Origin: Promethearchaeota archaeon
Lineage (GTDB): Archaea; Asgardarchaeota; Lokiarchaeia; Sigyniarchaeales; SOKP01
Reading direction: 5' to 3'
Assembly: GCA_013375475.1 (NCBI GenBank)
Contig: JABXKD010000019.1
Location: 1-47,854, forward strand
DNA length: 47,854 nucleotides
The notes under the pieces were generated by a model that was not told where the DNA came from, did no database searches, and saw nothing but the letters and a program-made list of their open reading frames with translations. This document shows positions 27,407-37,632 of the stretch, piece by piece. Within the stretch, counting starts at the first letter, position 1; each line of letters begins with the position of its first letter. The position numbers and the translations under genes are program-made.

Positions 27407-27515
27407 GATATCTTATCAAATCCACTAAAATTATACTTATATTAAATTTAAAATTACTTCTAAATATTTTTTTAAGTCTCTCTTTTCTATCTAAATCACA
27501 ATCGGTTAAATACTT

Positions 27516-28277
27516 CTAAAATCTAAGAGATAAGCAGGAAAGTCCTCCGTCCATTTTTTCAAATTCTGACATTTCAAGTTCTAAGATTTTAAAGTTATAG
27601 TTTTGTATTTGTTTCTTCAAGTTTGGATATCCTTTTGGGACAAGGACATATTCATTTATCCTTAAGCTATTTGTTGCGTAAGCTTCACTATATAGTACCT
27701 TAATGAGTTTATACTTCTTAAAATCAAAACGGTCTTTAAATTCCCCTGATACAAGTAAAATTGAATCCCCTAAATATGATATTCCCGTTTTTAAGTGAAG
27801 AACATTTTTAAGAAGCACCTTGGATGAAGAATATCCATAACTCTTCAAAATCTTCGTTAACTGATTAGCTCCTTCATTGTTTGTCCTATCCGAAAGTCCA
27901 ATATAATAATGGTCTTCTACCTTCATTACATCACCTCCCTCTAACGTACCAGGAGCCTTTATGAATTCAATATTTTCGTAGAATCCATTTAGCTTTTCAC
28001 TAATTTCAATTTCTTCCCCTTTTCGACTCTCTACTCCAAGATTAGTTATTACAGCGAATTCTTTATCCACAACTGCAGTATCTTCAACAAAAGTAGAATC
28101 TGGATAGCGATCGTCCTCAATTAATTCAATTACTAAAAGATTACATTTTTGAAGAGCTTCAACATATTTTGAATGCTGATGTAACGCCCTTTGATAGTCT
28201 GGTTTTCCTAAGTTGGAAGTAGAAATCCCAAATTGAAATTTTTTGCATGGTTTTCTAACAATTGCTTGTTTAAACAT
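27516..28277 (-). CDS. ddaH: N(G),N(G)-dimethylarginine dimethylaminohydrolase (amidinotransferase superfamily)
   Basis: PDSTFVEDTA, LEGGDV, LHLKT and DGGLSCLS catalytic motifs. Confidence 0.88.
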   Translation of the reverse strand: MFKQAIVRKPCKKFQFGISTSNLGKPDYQRALHQHSKYVEALQKCNLLVIELIEDDRYPDSTFVEDTAVVDKEFAVITNLGVESRKGEEIEISEKLNGFYENIEFIKAPGTLEGGDVMKVEDHYYIGLSDRTNNEGANQLTKILKSYGYSSSKVLLKNVLHLKTGISYLGDSILLVSGEFKDRFDFKKYKLIKVLYSEAYATNSLRINEYVLVPKGYPNLKKQIQNYNFKILELEMSEFEKMDGGLSCLSLRF

Positions 28278-28417
28278 AATTTTACTTATGAATCTGTAAA
28301 TTTCATTTGAAATTTTATTCGTATAGACTTAATTAGATATAATTCTCCTTAGGTTTAATTTTAATGTATAGATAAACAGAGCGATATAAATTTCATAGAT
28401 TATTTTATTAAATTGAT

Positions 28418-29551
28418 ATGTTAAAGGTTGGAATTATTGGCACTGGAGTTATTTTCGATTTAAACATTCAGGGATATCTGAATAATGAGGATGTTGAAAT
28501 TACATGCTTAAGTGATAAAACTATAGAAAAAGCCACCGAAAAAATTAAAAAATTCAAATTAGGTAAGGATACCAGAGTATATTCTGATTATAAAGAAATG
28601 TTAGATAAAGAAAAGTTAGATATTATTGAAATTCTTCTTCCTCATCATCTTCACGCTGAAGTAGTTGTCTACGCTGCCAAGCAGGGAGTTAAAACAATCT
28701 CGGTCCAAAAACCAATGGCTTTAAGCCTTGAAGAAGCCGATATGATGATTGAAGCATGTGATAATTCCGGATCAACTCTTTCAATATATGAAAATTTCTT
28801 ATTTGATCCACATTTCCTAAAAGCCAAGGAGTTAATCGATTCAGATTATATTGGCGATCCTTCCTCCATTAGGATAAAAACCGCTATGGGGGGTAAAGGA
28901 GGCTGGATGATTCCAAACGACGCTAAAAAATGGAGAGAAGTTCCAGAAATGATGGGAGGTACCGAAGCAGGCTCACCAGTTCTCCTTGACAATGCTTGGC
29001 ATTCTTTTGCTTTAGCTACATGGATATTTGATGAAAAAATCGAAAAAGTTTTTGCATGGGCGGGTAATTTTAAAGGTTTAGATGCGCCTGCATATGTAAT
29101 GTTCAAATATAAACAAAATCAAGAGCACATTATTCCCCAGTATGGCAACATGGAGTTTTCTTTAATGCCAGAAATGGAAATTCCTTCCTACTACTATCCT
29201 ACTGATGAATTTATAGAAATAATCGCAAGTAGAGGAATAATGAAAATAAATCAAGGGACATCTATAGGAAACCCTATGTCAAAGTCAGATGTATTTGCTC
29301 CAATTGTAATCATTCGTGATGGTAAAGTGGAAACTTTTTACGAATTTGAGAAAGACTGGAAACGGAGTTTCATTAATACAACAAAACATTTAATAGAGGT
29401 TGCAAAAGGAAATAAAGAACCAATATTATCTGGCGAACAAGCCAAATACATTTTAAGATTTAACTTAGCAGCCATAAGATCTTCTGAATTGGGGAATGAA
29501 ATCTTGATGAAAGATTTCCCTAAAAAAATTAAAGATCATATTGATACTTAA
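28418..29551 (+). CDS. Gfo/Idh/MocA family NAD(P)-dependent oxidoreductase
   Basis: GIIGTG, PHHLH, QKPMA, LDNAWH. Confidence 0.92.
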   Translation: MLKVGIIGTGVIFDLNIQGYLNNEDVEITCLSDKTIEKATEKIKKFKLGKDTRVYSDYKEMLDKEKLDIIEILLPHHLHAEVVVYAAKQGVKTISVQKPMALSLEEADMMIEACDNSGSTLSIYENFLFDPHFLKAKELIDSDYIGDPSSIRIKTAMGGKGGWMIPNDAKKWREVPEMMGGTEAGSPVLLDNAWHSFALATWIFDEKIEKVFAWAGNFKGLDAPAYVMFKYKQNQEHIIPQYGNMEFSLMPEMEIPSYYYPTDEFIEIIASRGIMKINQGTSIGNPMSKSDVFAPIVIIRDGKVETFYEFEKDWKRSFINTTKHLIEVAKGNKEPILSGEQAKYILRFNLAAIRSSELGNEILMKDFPKKIKDHIDT

Positions 29552-30785
29552 ATTCTTTGTGTTCTAATCCTTCTTGAATGCCTTTTTTTAAATCCTTTCT
29601 AATCCTTTTAAGATATTTGATATATGTTCCTCCATCCACCTTTACAAGCTCTTCTACCTTACAAGAACCATTTTGCTCATTTTCTGAGGTGATTTCATCC
29701 CACCTAACAATTCTTTTCTTTTGGGTCGATATATATGGCAATTTTCCAAAAACGCATAAGTTCTTCCCTTGCTCACCTGTATAAACTGGCTCGCTCTCTT
29801 CTTGAACAACTTTGATAAAATGTTCAGTAGAATTAATAAAAGAATATCTCCAATCTCTTGGTAACTCTTCTCCAAAGTTTTTAACTTCACCACCACTATA
29901 CACAACAATAGGAGGAAATTGAGGTGTTTTAGATATTATATTTCCTCCGCCAGTACATTGATTTAACCACATCATGCCTTTCGTTCCAGAGATTTCAATA
30001 AATTCGTCACAATCATAATAATTACTTGGATAATAAACATTAGGAGCAAGAGTAAACTGCATCGAACCGTATTTAGGGGGATCATCTGGTTCTTTGCTAG
30101 GGTATTTCCAAAAAATAAGATTTGGTGAATCCATTACTGTCGTAAAATAATCGATCCAACTATATAGTTCGTCAACTTTCTCTTGTTCCATTAACCATAA
30201 CGCCATTGATAATTTGTGAATTCCATCATCGTATATCCATGAACCTCCTCCACATTTCTCTAAATTACGACGCCAAAGAAGAGCCTTAATATCTACGTAC
30301 ATACCTGGCCCTCCCATAGCAATGGTATTTATTCTGAAATTTAAAGGTTCACCTATTAATCCTTGTTCTAATAGTTCCTTTGCTCTCAAATAAACTGGAT
30401 AAAACCTAAAGTTTTCAAACAGTTTAAGTTTTACATTTTCTTCCTTACAGACACGAATCATGTTATCGCAATCGGTTATTGTATGAGCCATTGGTTTTTG
30501 GACAGAAATTCCCGGAACACCTGCTTTTGCGCAATATTCCGTCATTGGAGCGTGAAGATGATGAGGTGTAAGAACTTCTACAATATCAAGATCTTCGTGA
30601 TCAATCATTTTTTTATAATCTTCGTATATTGGAACTGTGCGTAAACCCCATCTCTCTAGCTTTTTTCCCGCCATTTTTAAGTCTAAATCGCTTACCGCTA
30701 CGAGTTCGGTTTCTTGGGACTCAAGATAACCTAACACATTTAAATTTGCGATGTCACCACATCCTATTATCCCTACTCTCAACAT
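29529..30785 (-). CDS. Gfo/Idh/MocA family oxidoreductase (convergent paralog)
   Basis: GIIGCG, PHHLH, QKPMA, YDDGIH; shares PQ/KYG and YYPxDE/YYDCDEFIEI regions with its neighbour. Confidence 0.92.
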   Translation of the reverse strand: MLRVGIIGCGDIANLNVLGYLESQETELVAVSDLDLKMAGKKLERWGLRTVPIYEDYKKMIDHEDLDIVEVLTPHHLHAPMTEYCAKAGVPGISVQKPMAHTITDCDNMIRVCKEENVKLKLFENFRFYPVYLRAKELLEQGLIGEPLNFRINTIAMGGPGMYVDIKALLWRRNLEKCGGGSWIYDDGIHKLSMALWLMEQEKVDELYSWIDYFTTVMDSPNLIFWKYPSKEPDDPPKYGSMQFTLAPNVYYPSNYYDCDEFIEISGTKGMMWLNQCTGGGNIISKTPQFPPIVVYSGGEVKNFGEELPRDWRYSFINSTEHFIKVVQEESEPVYTGEQGKNLCVFGKLPYISTQKKRIVRWDEITSENEQNGSCKVEELVKVDGGTYIKYLKRIRKDLKKGIQEGLEHKEFKYQYDL

Positions 30786-30987
30786 AGTATTACCGTAGTC
30801 AAGTATTTTACGTTATTTTATTAAGGTAGCTTATAATTAAAAAGTTTTAGATGTGAATAACTGGTAATAATTATGTACCATTATATTATTTACTGATATT
30901 TCTGGATCAAAAAACGACAAAAAATAAATATTTAAATAAATTAATAATGTAAATTTAACTACAATTTTATCATATACTAATTAAAGG

Positions 30988-31425
30988 TTGAAAAATAAAA
31001 TGGTTGACCAGAAATTAATAGACGATTTGAAAGAAATGAGAGTTAAAGGTACAAGTGCACCTTCAGATGCTCTCAAACTTTTTGAGTTTGTCAAGCAATT
31101 GGCCGAAGAAAACGAAGATTTAAAAGAAGAGTTGGAAGATATGGATGCCACACTTGTTCAAATTGCAGTAACTGACATAAACTATAAGTATTGGGTTAAA
31201 ATGGGGGAAGGAACGGTTGAATATGGCGAGGGAGAAGGTGAAGATCCTAGCGTTACCATGTCCGCAACAGCAGCTACTTGGGCAGGCATGTCTTCTGGCG
31301 AAATAGATTCTACGAGCGCATATATGTCTGGAGATTTAGTTATTGACGGTAATCTTCAAGATGCTATTGCATTTGGAGAAATTCAAGGTATTGCAATGGA
31401 AGAAGGCGCACATTATTTTGAATAA
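30988..31425 (+). CDS. SCP2 sterol/lipid-binding domain protein (ATG start probably at 31000)
   Basis: PSVTMSA...W.GMSSGEIDSTSAYMSGDLVIDGNLQDA matches the SCP2 pattern (GxlxxxxAfmxGkLkixG). Confidence 0.85.
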   Translation: MKNKMVDQKLIDDLKEMRVKGTSAPSDALKLFEFVKQLAEENEDLKEELEDMDATLVQIAVTDINYKYWVKMGEGTVEYGEGEGEDPSVTMSATAATWAGMSSGEIDSTSAYMSGDLVIDGNLQDAIAFGEIQGIAMEEGAHYFE

Positions 31426-31490
31426 TTAATGTCCAACTATTGAATAATTACAATTTTATTCTTTTTTTTTTTAAAAATTATTTATGCTTA

Positions 31491-33527
31491 TTATGAATAC
31501 TCTAATTTCCCTTCAAGTCGAATATCTCTTGAAGAACTACCAATTAATATCTTAAATTTTCCTTTTTCAACTACCCAAGAATTTTCTATCGGATTATAAA
31601 AAGACAAGTCATCCTTATTCAACTCGAATACCACTGTTTCCATCTGACCAGATTTAAGACTGATTTTTTTGAATCCCTTTAATTCTTTTGGTGGTCTCTC
31701 TATGCTAGATTCAACATCTTGAATATATAACTGTACAACTTCCTTCCCCATTATTTTTCCCGTGTTAGTGATGCCAACGGATACTTTAATCGTGTCATCT
31801 TCTCTCATCTTTTCCTTATTTATCGTTAAATTTTCATAAGTAAAATTAGTATATGATAATCCATGGCCAAAAGGGAAGAGGGGGTCAATATTTTTTGTGT
31901 CAAAATGGCGATATCCAACGAATATACCCTCGTCATAGAAAACTTTATCATTTCCCGGATAACTTCTCTTGGAACTATGGGCTGGTGAATCTGACAACTT
32001 TCTTGGAAAAGTCATCGTAAGTTTTCCAGAAGGATTTACATCTCCAAATAGGACATTAGCTATAGCCGTTCCTGCTTCCATACCTCCATACCAAGCTTCA
32101 ACTACAGAAGGGACTAGTTCGATCCAATCTTCCATTTCTATAGGGCTACCACTGATTAGCACTACAATTGTATTAGAATTCTTCTGCGTCGTTTCCTTAA
32201 TTAATTTAACTTGTTCTAAAGGCAGTCCAAATTCTTCTTTATCTTCCCCTTCAGAGTCCATTCCATGATTATGGTTAAGTCCTGCGAAAATAACTGTTAT
32301 GTCTGCTATTGAAGGATCCTCAATTATTTCTACTTTATTCTTACATTTATCCCTTAAACCTTCAAGGGGTGTAATCTCGTAAGGAGGATAATTAACTGAA
32401 CTACCTCCACCGGATAAAATGTCCCCTCCTAATCGAAAATTTTTATTTGGGCCAATAACTGCTATTTTTTTTACATTCTCGATATTTAATGGAAGTAAAC
32501 CTCCCTTATTTTTTAACAAAACAATACCATCTTCGGCTATATTGCGAGCTAACTCTTGATGTTCAGGGGTGTTCCTACTACCTTTAGGTAATGTTTCTTC
32601 ATCGTCGAATAATCCTACTAAAAACATGACTCGTAATAATCTTCTGATGTTCTCATTAATCTCGTCTATGGTGAATTTTTTTTCATTAAATGAGTTTTTC
32701 ATATTCTTTTTACTATATTTCTTTGCTGTAGGCATTTCAAGAGATAATCCTGCCTTAACGCATTCCGCTGTGTTTGTGTAGGCTGTAGCATTCCAATCTG
32801 AGACGGTGAATCCTCTAAAACCCCATTTTTTCATTAATATTTCTCTCAATAGATTATAATTCTCTGAACCATAAATTCCGTTTACTTTATTATAACAGGT
32901 CATAAACGACCAAGCATCAGCTTCTTGTACTGTAGCTTTAAAGGCAGGATAATATATTTCTTGTAATGCTCGCTCGCTAACTTCAGAATTAACCGTAAGC
33001 CGGTTTGTTTCTTGATTATTACATATGTAATGTTTCACACAAGCCGCTACTTTTTGGCTCTGAATTCCCTTTACAGTTGCAACAGCTAAAACTTTGTTTA
33101 GATATGGATCTTCACTTTGATACTCAAAAGTCCTTCCATTCATCGGAGTTCTTTGAATGTTAATCCCCGGGGCTAAAAGCATATGGGCGCCTACTTCACG
33201 GACCTCCTCAGCGACTGATTTTCCAAATTCGTACGAAAGTTTAGAATCCCATGTTGAAGCCCTGCAAATAACGGAAGGGAAATAAGTACTTTTAATTTCC
33301 CCCATAGCGTCCGGCCGAACACCATGAGGGCCATCGTACATCGTAAATGATTTAACACCTAATCTTCTAATTGGTTTCGTGTGCCACATCAATTTGCCTG
33401 AGCTTAATTTAAATTTCTCTGCAAGCGTCAATCTGCTCAACAAATCTTCTACTCTCTCATCCAAATCGAGATTTACATTCATGAAAGGTAAAGATTGGAG
33501 TTTTGAATCTGAATATTTTACGTTCAT
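31491..33527 (-). CDS. Glycoside hydrolase family 3 beta-glucosidase with Fn3-like C-terminus; no signal peptide
   Basis: DGPHGVR, GRTFEYQSEDP, KHY, VSDW nucleophile, PFGHGLSYT, EVVQLY. Confidence 0.95.
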   Translation of the reverse strand: MNVKYSDSKLQSLPFMNVNLDLDERVEDLLSRLTLAEKFKLSSGKLMWHTKPIRRLGVKSFTMYDGPHGVRPDAMGEIKSTYFPSVICRASTWDSKLSYEFGKSVAEEVREVGAHMLLAPGINIQRTPMNGRTFEYQSEDPYLNKVLAVATVKGIQSQKVAACVKHYICNNQETNRLTVNSEVSERALQEIYYPAFKATVQEADAWSFMTCYNKVNGIYGSENYNLLREILMKKWGFRGFTVSDWNATAYTNTAECVKAGLSLEMPTAKKYSKKNMKNSFNEKKFTIDEINENIRRLLRVMFLVGLFDDEETLPKGSRNTPEHQELARNIAEDGIVLLKNKGGLLPLNIENVKKIAVIGPNKNFRLGGDILSGGGSSVNYPPYEITPLEGLRDKCKNKVEIIEDPSIADITVIFAGLNHNHGMDSEGEDKEEFGLPLEQVKLIKETTQKNSNTIVVLISGSPIEMEDWIELVPSVVEAWYGGMEAGTAIANVLFGDVNPSGKLTMTFPRKLSDSPAHSSKRSYPGNDKVFYDEGIFVGYRHFDTKNIDPLFPFGHGLSYTNFTYENLTINKEKMREDDTIKVSVGITNTGKIMGKEVVQLYIQDVESSIERPPKELKGFKKISLKSGQMETVVFELNKDDLSFYNPIENSWVVEKGKFKILIGSSSRDIRLEGKLEYS

Positions 33528-33711
33528 CGTACATTACTCATTATCGTATGTAACTGGTAAAATGCAAAATAAAAAATAACTTTATCTAAATGCAATAATT
33601 CATGTTTCTATCGTTTATCACACTTAATATTAGAATTAATCGGATTTTATTTTAAATACATTAAACTTTATCTGTGTTAATAATAAAACTACAAAAAAGG
33701 AACTGATTTCT

Positions 33712-34452
33712 ATGGATATTTTATTTAATTTATTTATTCTGTTTTTAACTTTTATTTATGTGCTTGCTACTATACTAATACCTGTCCAGTTGAAAAAAAG
33801 AGACAAAATTACTAAATTTCAAGCTCGTAAAGCGGTACATCTTCTTGCTGGGCTAGCGGTTTTGACAACACCTTATTATACCTCGCCATGGTGGGCTGTA
33901 ATATTAGCTGGTTCGATGACGCTCTTAACTCTTCTAAGTTCAAAAAAAAGCAGTGTAAAACAATTAAAAGATTTATACGATTCAATCGGAGAAGAAGAAG
34001 AAGAGAAAGTTGGTTACCTACAAGGACCATTTCATTACTCTCTATCAATTACTATATTAATAACAATTTTCGCAATAATTGCTCCAGATCAGATGTATTT
34101 TCCTATAGCGGGAATAATGTTAATGATTATTTCTGATACTCTAGCTTCAGTAATTGGCAAGAAATATGGAAAGAGAAAAATAAAAATACCATGGGTGAAA
34201 ACTACACGATCCTTAGAAGGCTCTTTAGCTTTCTTTATCAGTGGATTTCTTCTTTGTTTATTAGCATTCACTATTTTGGGCGTCACAAATCCAATTAATC
34301 AAAACCATCTCACACTTGAGATTGCCCTTATATATTCTTTAATTACCAGTGCATTGGCAACTATAGTTGAGTTAATATCTCCATCTACTTGGGACGATTT
34401 AACGGTCCCAATCGCTACTGTGGTTATCGTGTTTTTTCTAACTTTAATCTAA
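33712..34452 (+). CDS. CTP-dependent phytol/dolichol/diacylglycerol kinase family membrane protein
   Basis: RKAVHL, GPFHY, SDTLASVIGKKYG, RSLEGS and DDLTVP motifs. Confidence 0.85.
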   Translation: MDILFNLFILFLTFIYVLATILIPVQLKKRDKITKFQARKAVHLLAGLAVLTTPYYTSPWWAVILAGSMTLLTLLSSKKSSVKQLKDLYDSIGEEEEEKVGYLQGPFHYSLSITILITIFAIIAPDQMYFPIAGIMLMIISDTLASVIGKKYGKRKIKIPWVKTTRSLEGSLAFFISGFLLCLLAFTILGVTNPINQNHLTLEIALIYSLITSALATIVELISPSTWDDLTVPIATVVIVFFLTLI

Positions 34453-34477
34453 ATATTAAAAAAATCTATTTCAATGC

Positions 34478-35881
34478 TTGAGTTCTATGGAAAACCTACA
34501 TAAGACTTTTGATGTTATTGTTGTTGGTGCAGGGACAGGAGGTAGTGTTGCTGCCCGGTTTGCCGCAGAAAAAGGATTAAAAGTTTGCCTTATTGACAGT
34601 AAGGATAAAAAAGAAATAGGTAACAAAATCTGTGGGGATGCGGTTGGTAATGATATTTTTGATTTTCTTAAGATTAAGCATCCGAAAGGCAATGAACTTT
34701 CCTGCAAAATCAAAGGTGCCAAGCTATACACTCCCGATTTAAAAAAATGCATTGATCTCACTGATCCAAAACAAGCTGGTTATATTGTTAATAGGATTGA
34801 ATTTGGTCAAAGATTACTAAACGAAGCATTAGATGCTGGTGTGGATCAATTTATTGATAATACAATGGCTTTAGATTTATTATATAACCAAAATACGGTT
34901 TCTGGAGTAAAAGTAAAGCTATATAATGGTGAAAAAGCGAATTTACGGTCTAAAGTTTTAATTGATGCATCTGGGTTTTATTCTCCCCTAAGAAAGAAAG
35001 TAAAGAGCAATTTAGTAGAGAAAAAGGTATTAAAGGAAGATAGTATTCTTTGCTACAGAGAAATCGTGAAGTTTTCACCTCAGGATTTAAGAATTAATAA
35101 CCCCAATTACATATCAATAATTCTTAATCGAGAAAAAGCACCAGGGGGCTATATATGGTATTTTCCGAAAAATGAATCGTCCCTTAATATTGGTCTTGGA
35201 ACATTTATGAATCTTAAGGGCAAGGTAAAAGACTTATACCATCAATATGTCTTTAATGAATTCATTAAAACCTCGAAATACGAAATTATTTCTTCTGGTG
35301 GAGGTGTTGTGTCTGTTAGACGACCCCTCTGGTCGTGCACTGACAATGGAATCATGTTTGTAGGAGATGCTGCTTGCCAAGTTAATCCACTTCATGGAGG
35401 AGGCATTGATCCTTCGATGAGGGGAGGTTTTTTTGCTGCCAATACAGTTGTAGATGCGATTGAAAAGGGAGATTATTCTGTTAATTCGTTATGGAATTAT
35501 AATTATGATGTCATGACTAGTTTTGGAGCAGAATTTGCTTCACTAGACTTGCTAAGGATGACTCTCCAAATACTTCCTAATGAAGATTTAAATTTTGCGC
35601 TACAACAAGATTTATTGAGTGGTGAGGAAATACTAGAAATCTCCTCAACTGGAGAATTTGAATTACCCGTAATTAGCTTGGTAACTAAAGCGTTAAAAGG
35701 AATTTCTAAGCCAAATCTTTTGTTGGATTTAAATTTCTTGCGAATTCGGATGAACGAAATATCAAAACTATACAAAAATTTTCCAACAAAAATTGAAAAT
35801 TTTGAAGATTGGAAAATGCGGGTTATTCAAGTATATGATAAAATTAAGAAAATGTTAATAAATGCTAAAAAAGTAAAATAA
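34478..35881 (+). CDS. Geranylgeranyl reductase (digeranylgeranylglycerophospholipid reductase family)
   Basis: VGAGTGG, KICGDA, PGGYIWYFP, VGDAA.QVNPLHGGGI. Confidence 0.9.
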   Translation: MSSMENLHKTFDVIVVGAGTGGSVAARFAAEKGLKVCLIDSKDKKEIGNKICGDAVGNDIFDFLKIKHPKGNELSCKIKGAKLYTPDLKKCIDLTDPKQAGYIVNRIEFGQRLLNEALDAGVDQFIDNTMALDLLYNQNTVSGVKVKLYNGEKANLRSKVLIDASGFYSPLRKKVKSNLVEKKVLKEDSILCYREIVKFSPQDLRINNPNYISIILNREKAPGGYIWYFPKNESSLNIGLGTFMNLKGKVKDLYHQYVFNEFIKTSKYEIISSGGGVVSVRRPLWSCTDNGIMFVGDAACQVNPLHGGGIDPSMRGGFFAANTVVDAIEKGDYSVNSLWNYNYDVMTSFGAEFASLDLLRMTLQILPNEDLNFALQQDLLSGEEILEISSTGEFELPVISLVTKALKGISKPNLLLDLNFLRIRMNEISKLYKNFPTKIENFEDWKMRVIQVYDKIKKMLINAKKVK

Positions 35882-35890
35882 TTATATTAA

Positions 35891-36718
35891 GTGAATTTTA
35901 TGGTTGATACATTGATAAGTGACACTTGTAAGGCAACTACCTACGATTTTTTAATTAATAAGATAAATCGTGATGGAACCCTCCATTTTTCCTTGATTGA
36001 TCCAGATCCTACCAAACAAAATCCCTCCAAAGCAGGAAAAATGGCGCTTTATGCAGAGCAAGCAGGAACTGACGCTATTTTAATTGGTGGAAGTACAGTT
36101 TTTGATCAAAATTTCGTCGATGAGACAGTACTCGCAATAAGAGAAAACGTCGATCTCCCAATCATAATTTTTCCCGGAGGCGTGGCTAATGTTTCAAAAC
36201 ACGCAGATGCAATTTTATTCATGTCCATCTTAAATTCGGAAGATCCGTATTTTATTATAGGTCAGCAAGCGATAGCTTCATACACGGTTAAACTATCTAA
36301 CCTTGAAATTATCTCAACGGGATATTTGATAATAGAGCCAGGAGGTACCGCAGGTTGGATAAGTAAAGCGAAACTCCTCCCAAGAAGTAAACCAAAATTA
36401 ACTGCTGCTTACGCTTTAGCTGCGGAGTACTTTGGATTCAAATTTATATATTTAGAAGCTGGTTCCGGTAGTGAAAGGATCCCTGCTAAAATTATTAGTC
36501 TTAGTTCAAATCTTTTGAGTATTCCAATAATTGTGGGTGGAGGAGTGAGTTCTAAAGAAGATGCTCGAAGTTTTGTTGAAGCAGGAGCAGATGTCGTAGT
36601 AATGGGGACATTTTTAGAAAATCAGGTTTTAAAGGACAACGGGAATTCTCTAAAAACGATTATTGACGAAATAAAGGATGCTGGGAAAGAACACAAGAAA
36701 AGTTACTGTTTGAAATAA
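35891..36718 (+). CDS. Geranylgeranylglyceryl phosphate (GGGP) synthase, group II
   Basis: LIDPD, IGGS, FPG, LNS, GYLIIE, YLEAGSG, VGGG motifs. Confidence 0.93.
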   Translation: MNFMVDTLISDTCKATTYDFLINKINRDGTLHFSLIDPDPTKQNPSKAGKMALYAEQAGTDAILIGGSTVFDQNFVDETVLAIRENVDLPIIIFPGGVANVSKHADAILFMSILNSEDPYFIIGQQAIASYTVKLSNLEIISTGYLIIEPGGTAGWISKAKLLPRSKPKLTAAYALAAEYFGFKFIYLEAGSGSERIPAKIISLSSNLLSIPIIVGGGVSSKEDARSFVEAGADVVVMGTFLENQVLKDNGNSLKTIIDEIKDAGKEHKKSYCLK

Positions 36719-36739
36719 AAAAAATTCTAATTTTTAAAT

Positions 36740-37612
36740 ATGAAATTTAAAGACGCTATTGAAATAACACGCCCTATTAATTGCTTAATGGGAGCTATTT
36801 CTGTAATTATAGGATTATTAAACACCCGTTTAGATGTTTCCTGGGAGAGACTCGTCATTAATATTATATTAGGTGTATTAACATATATTTTAATCGCAGC
36901 CTCCGGTATGGTTATTAACGATATTTACGATATAGAAATAGATAAAATTAACAGACCAGAACGCCCTATTCCAAGAGGTTCAATAACTTTAAAGCAAGCA
37001 AAATTACTATATATTCTTTATCTTTGTTGTGGTATATTTCTCTGTATTTTAAACACCATTATCTTTAATCTTAGTCTACTGAATTTTATATTAGCTTCGT
37101 TTTTCGGATTTATTGGATGGGTATATGCTAAATGGGGCAAAAAAAGCGGATTTTTCGGGAATCTTGCTGTGGGCATCTCTTTTTCGATAGGTCTAGTATA
37201 TGGCGCATTATTAAATAGCATACTTATTCCACCATACATTTGGTTTTTCTTTATTACAGCATTTTCCCTTTTAATGGCTCGAGAAATTATTAAAGGTTGC
37301 GAAGATATTGAAGGAGATAAAAAACAAGGAGTTAAGACTTTAGCTATTAAGATTGGAATTAAAAACTCAAGAAATATCGCGTTAATCTTTTCGTTAATAG
37401 CCATTACTTTCTTTGTGTTACCTCTTCTAACTAATATTCTCAATCCATGGCTTTTTGTTATCTTTATGATTTTAGGTCTAATAGAAGTAACTTATACTGT
37501 TGTACTAATGCTCACCTCTAAATTAGAAAGAGGAGATTTAAAAAAAATCAGTTTATATCTAAAAATAGGAATGTTTATTGGTCTAATAGCTTTCTTGTTC
37601 GCAAGTCTGTAG
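36740..37612 (+). CDS. Digeranylgeranylglyceryl phosphate (DGGGP) synthase, UbiA family
   Basis: RP.N, NDIYDIEIDKINRPERPIPRG, REIIKGCEDIEGD; directly follows GGGP synthase. Confidence 0.92.
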   Translation: MKFKDAIEITRPINCLMGAISVIIGLLNTRLDVSWERLVINIILGVLTYILIAASGMVINDIYDIEIDKINRPERPIPRGSITLKQAKLLYILYLCCGIFLCILNTIIFNLSLLNFILASFFGFIGWVYAKWGKKSGFFGNLAVGISFSIGLVYGALLNSILIPPYIWFFFITAFSLLMAREIIKGCEDIEGDKKQGVKTLAIKIGIKNSRNIALIFSLIAITFFVLPLLTNILNPWLFVIFMILGLIEVTYTVVLMLTSKLERGDLKKISLYLKIGMFIGLIAFLFASL

Positions 37613-37632
37613 TTCAATAGACTTGAATAATT

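Noticed and set aside
33712-34452. CDP-archaeol synthase (CarS) call for the first gene of the lipid operon
   Set aside because: Lacks the CarS-type DG.R..GDGKT motif and has RKxxH, D...G..YG and SLEGS motifs of the phytol/dolichol kinase family.
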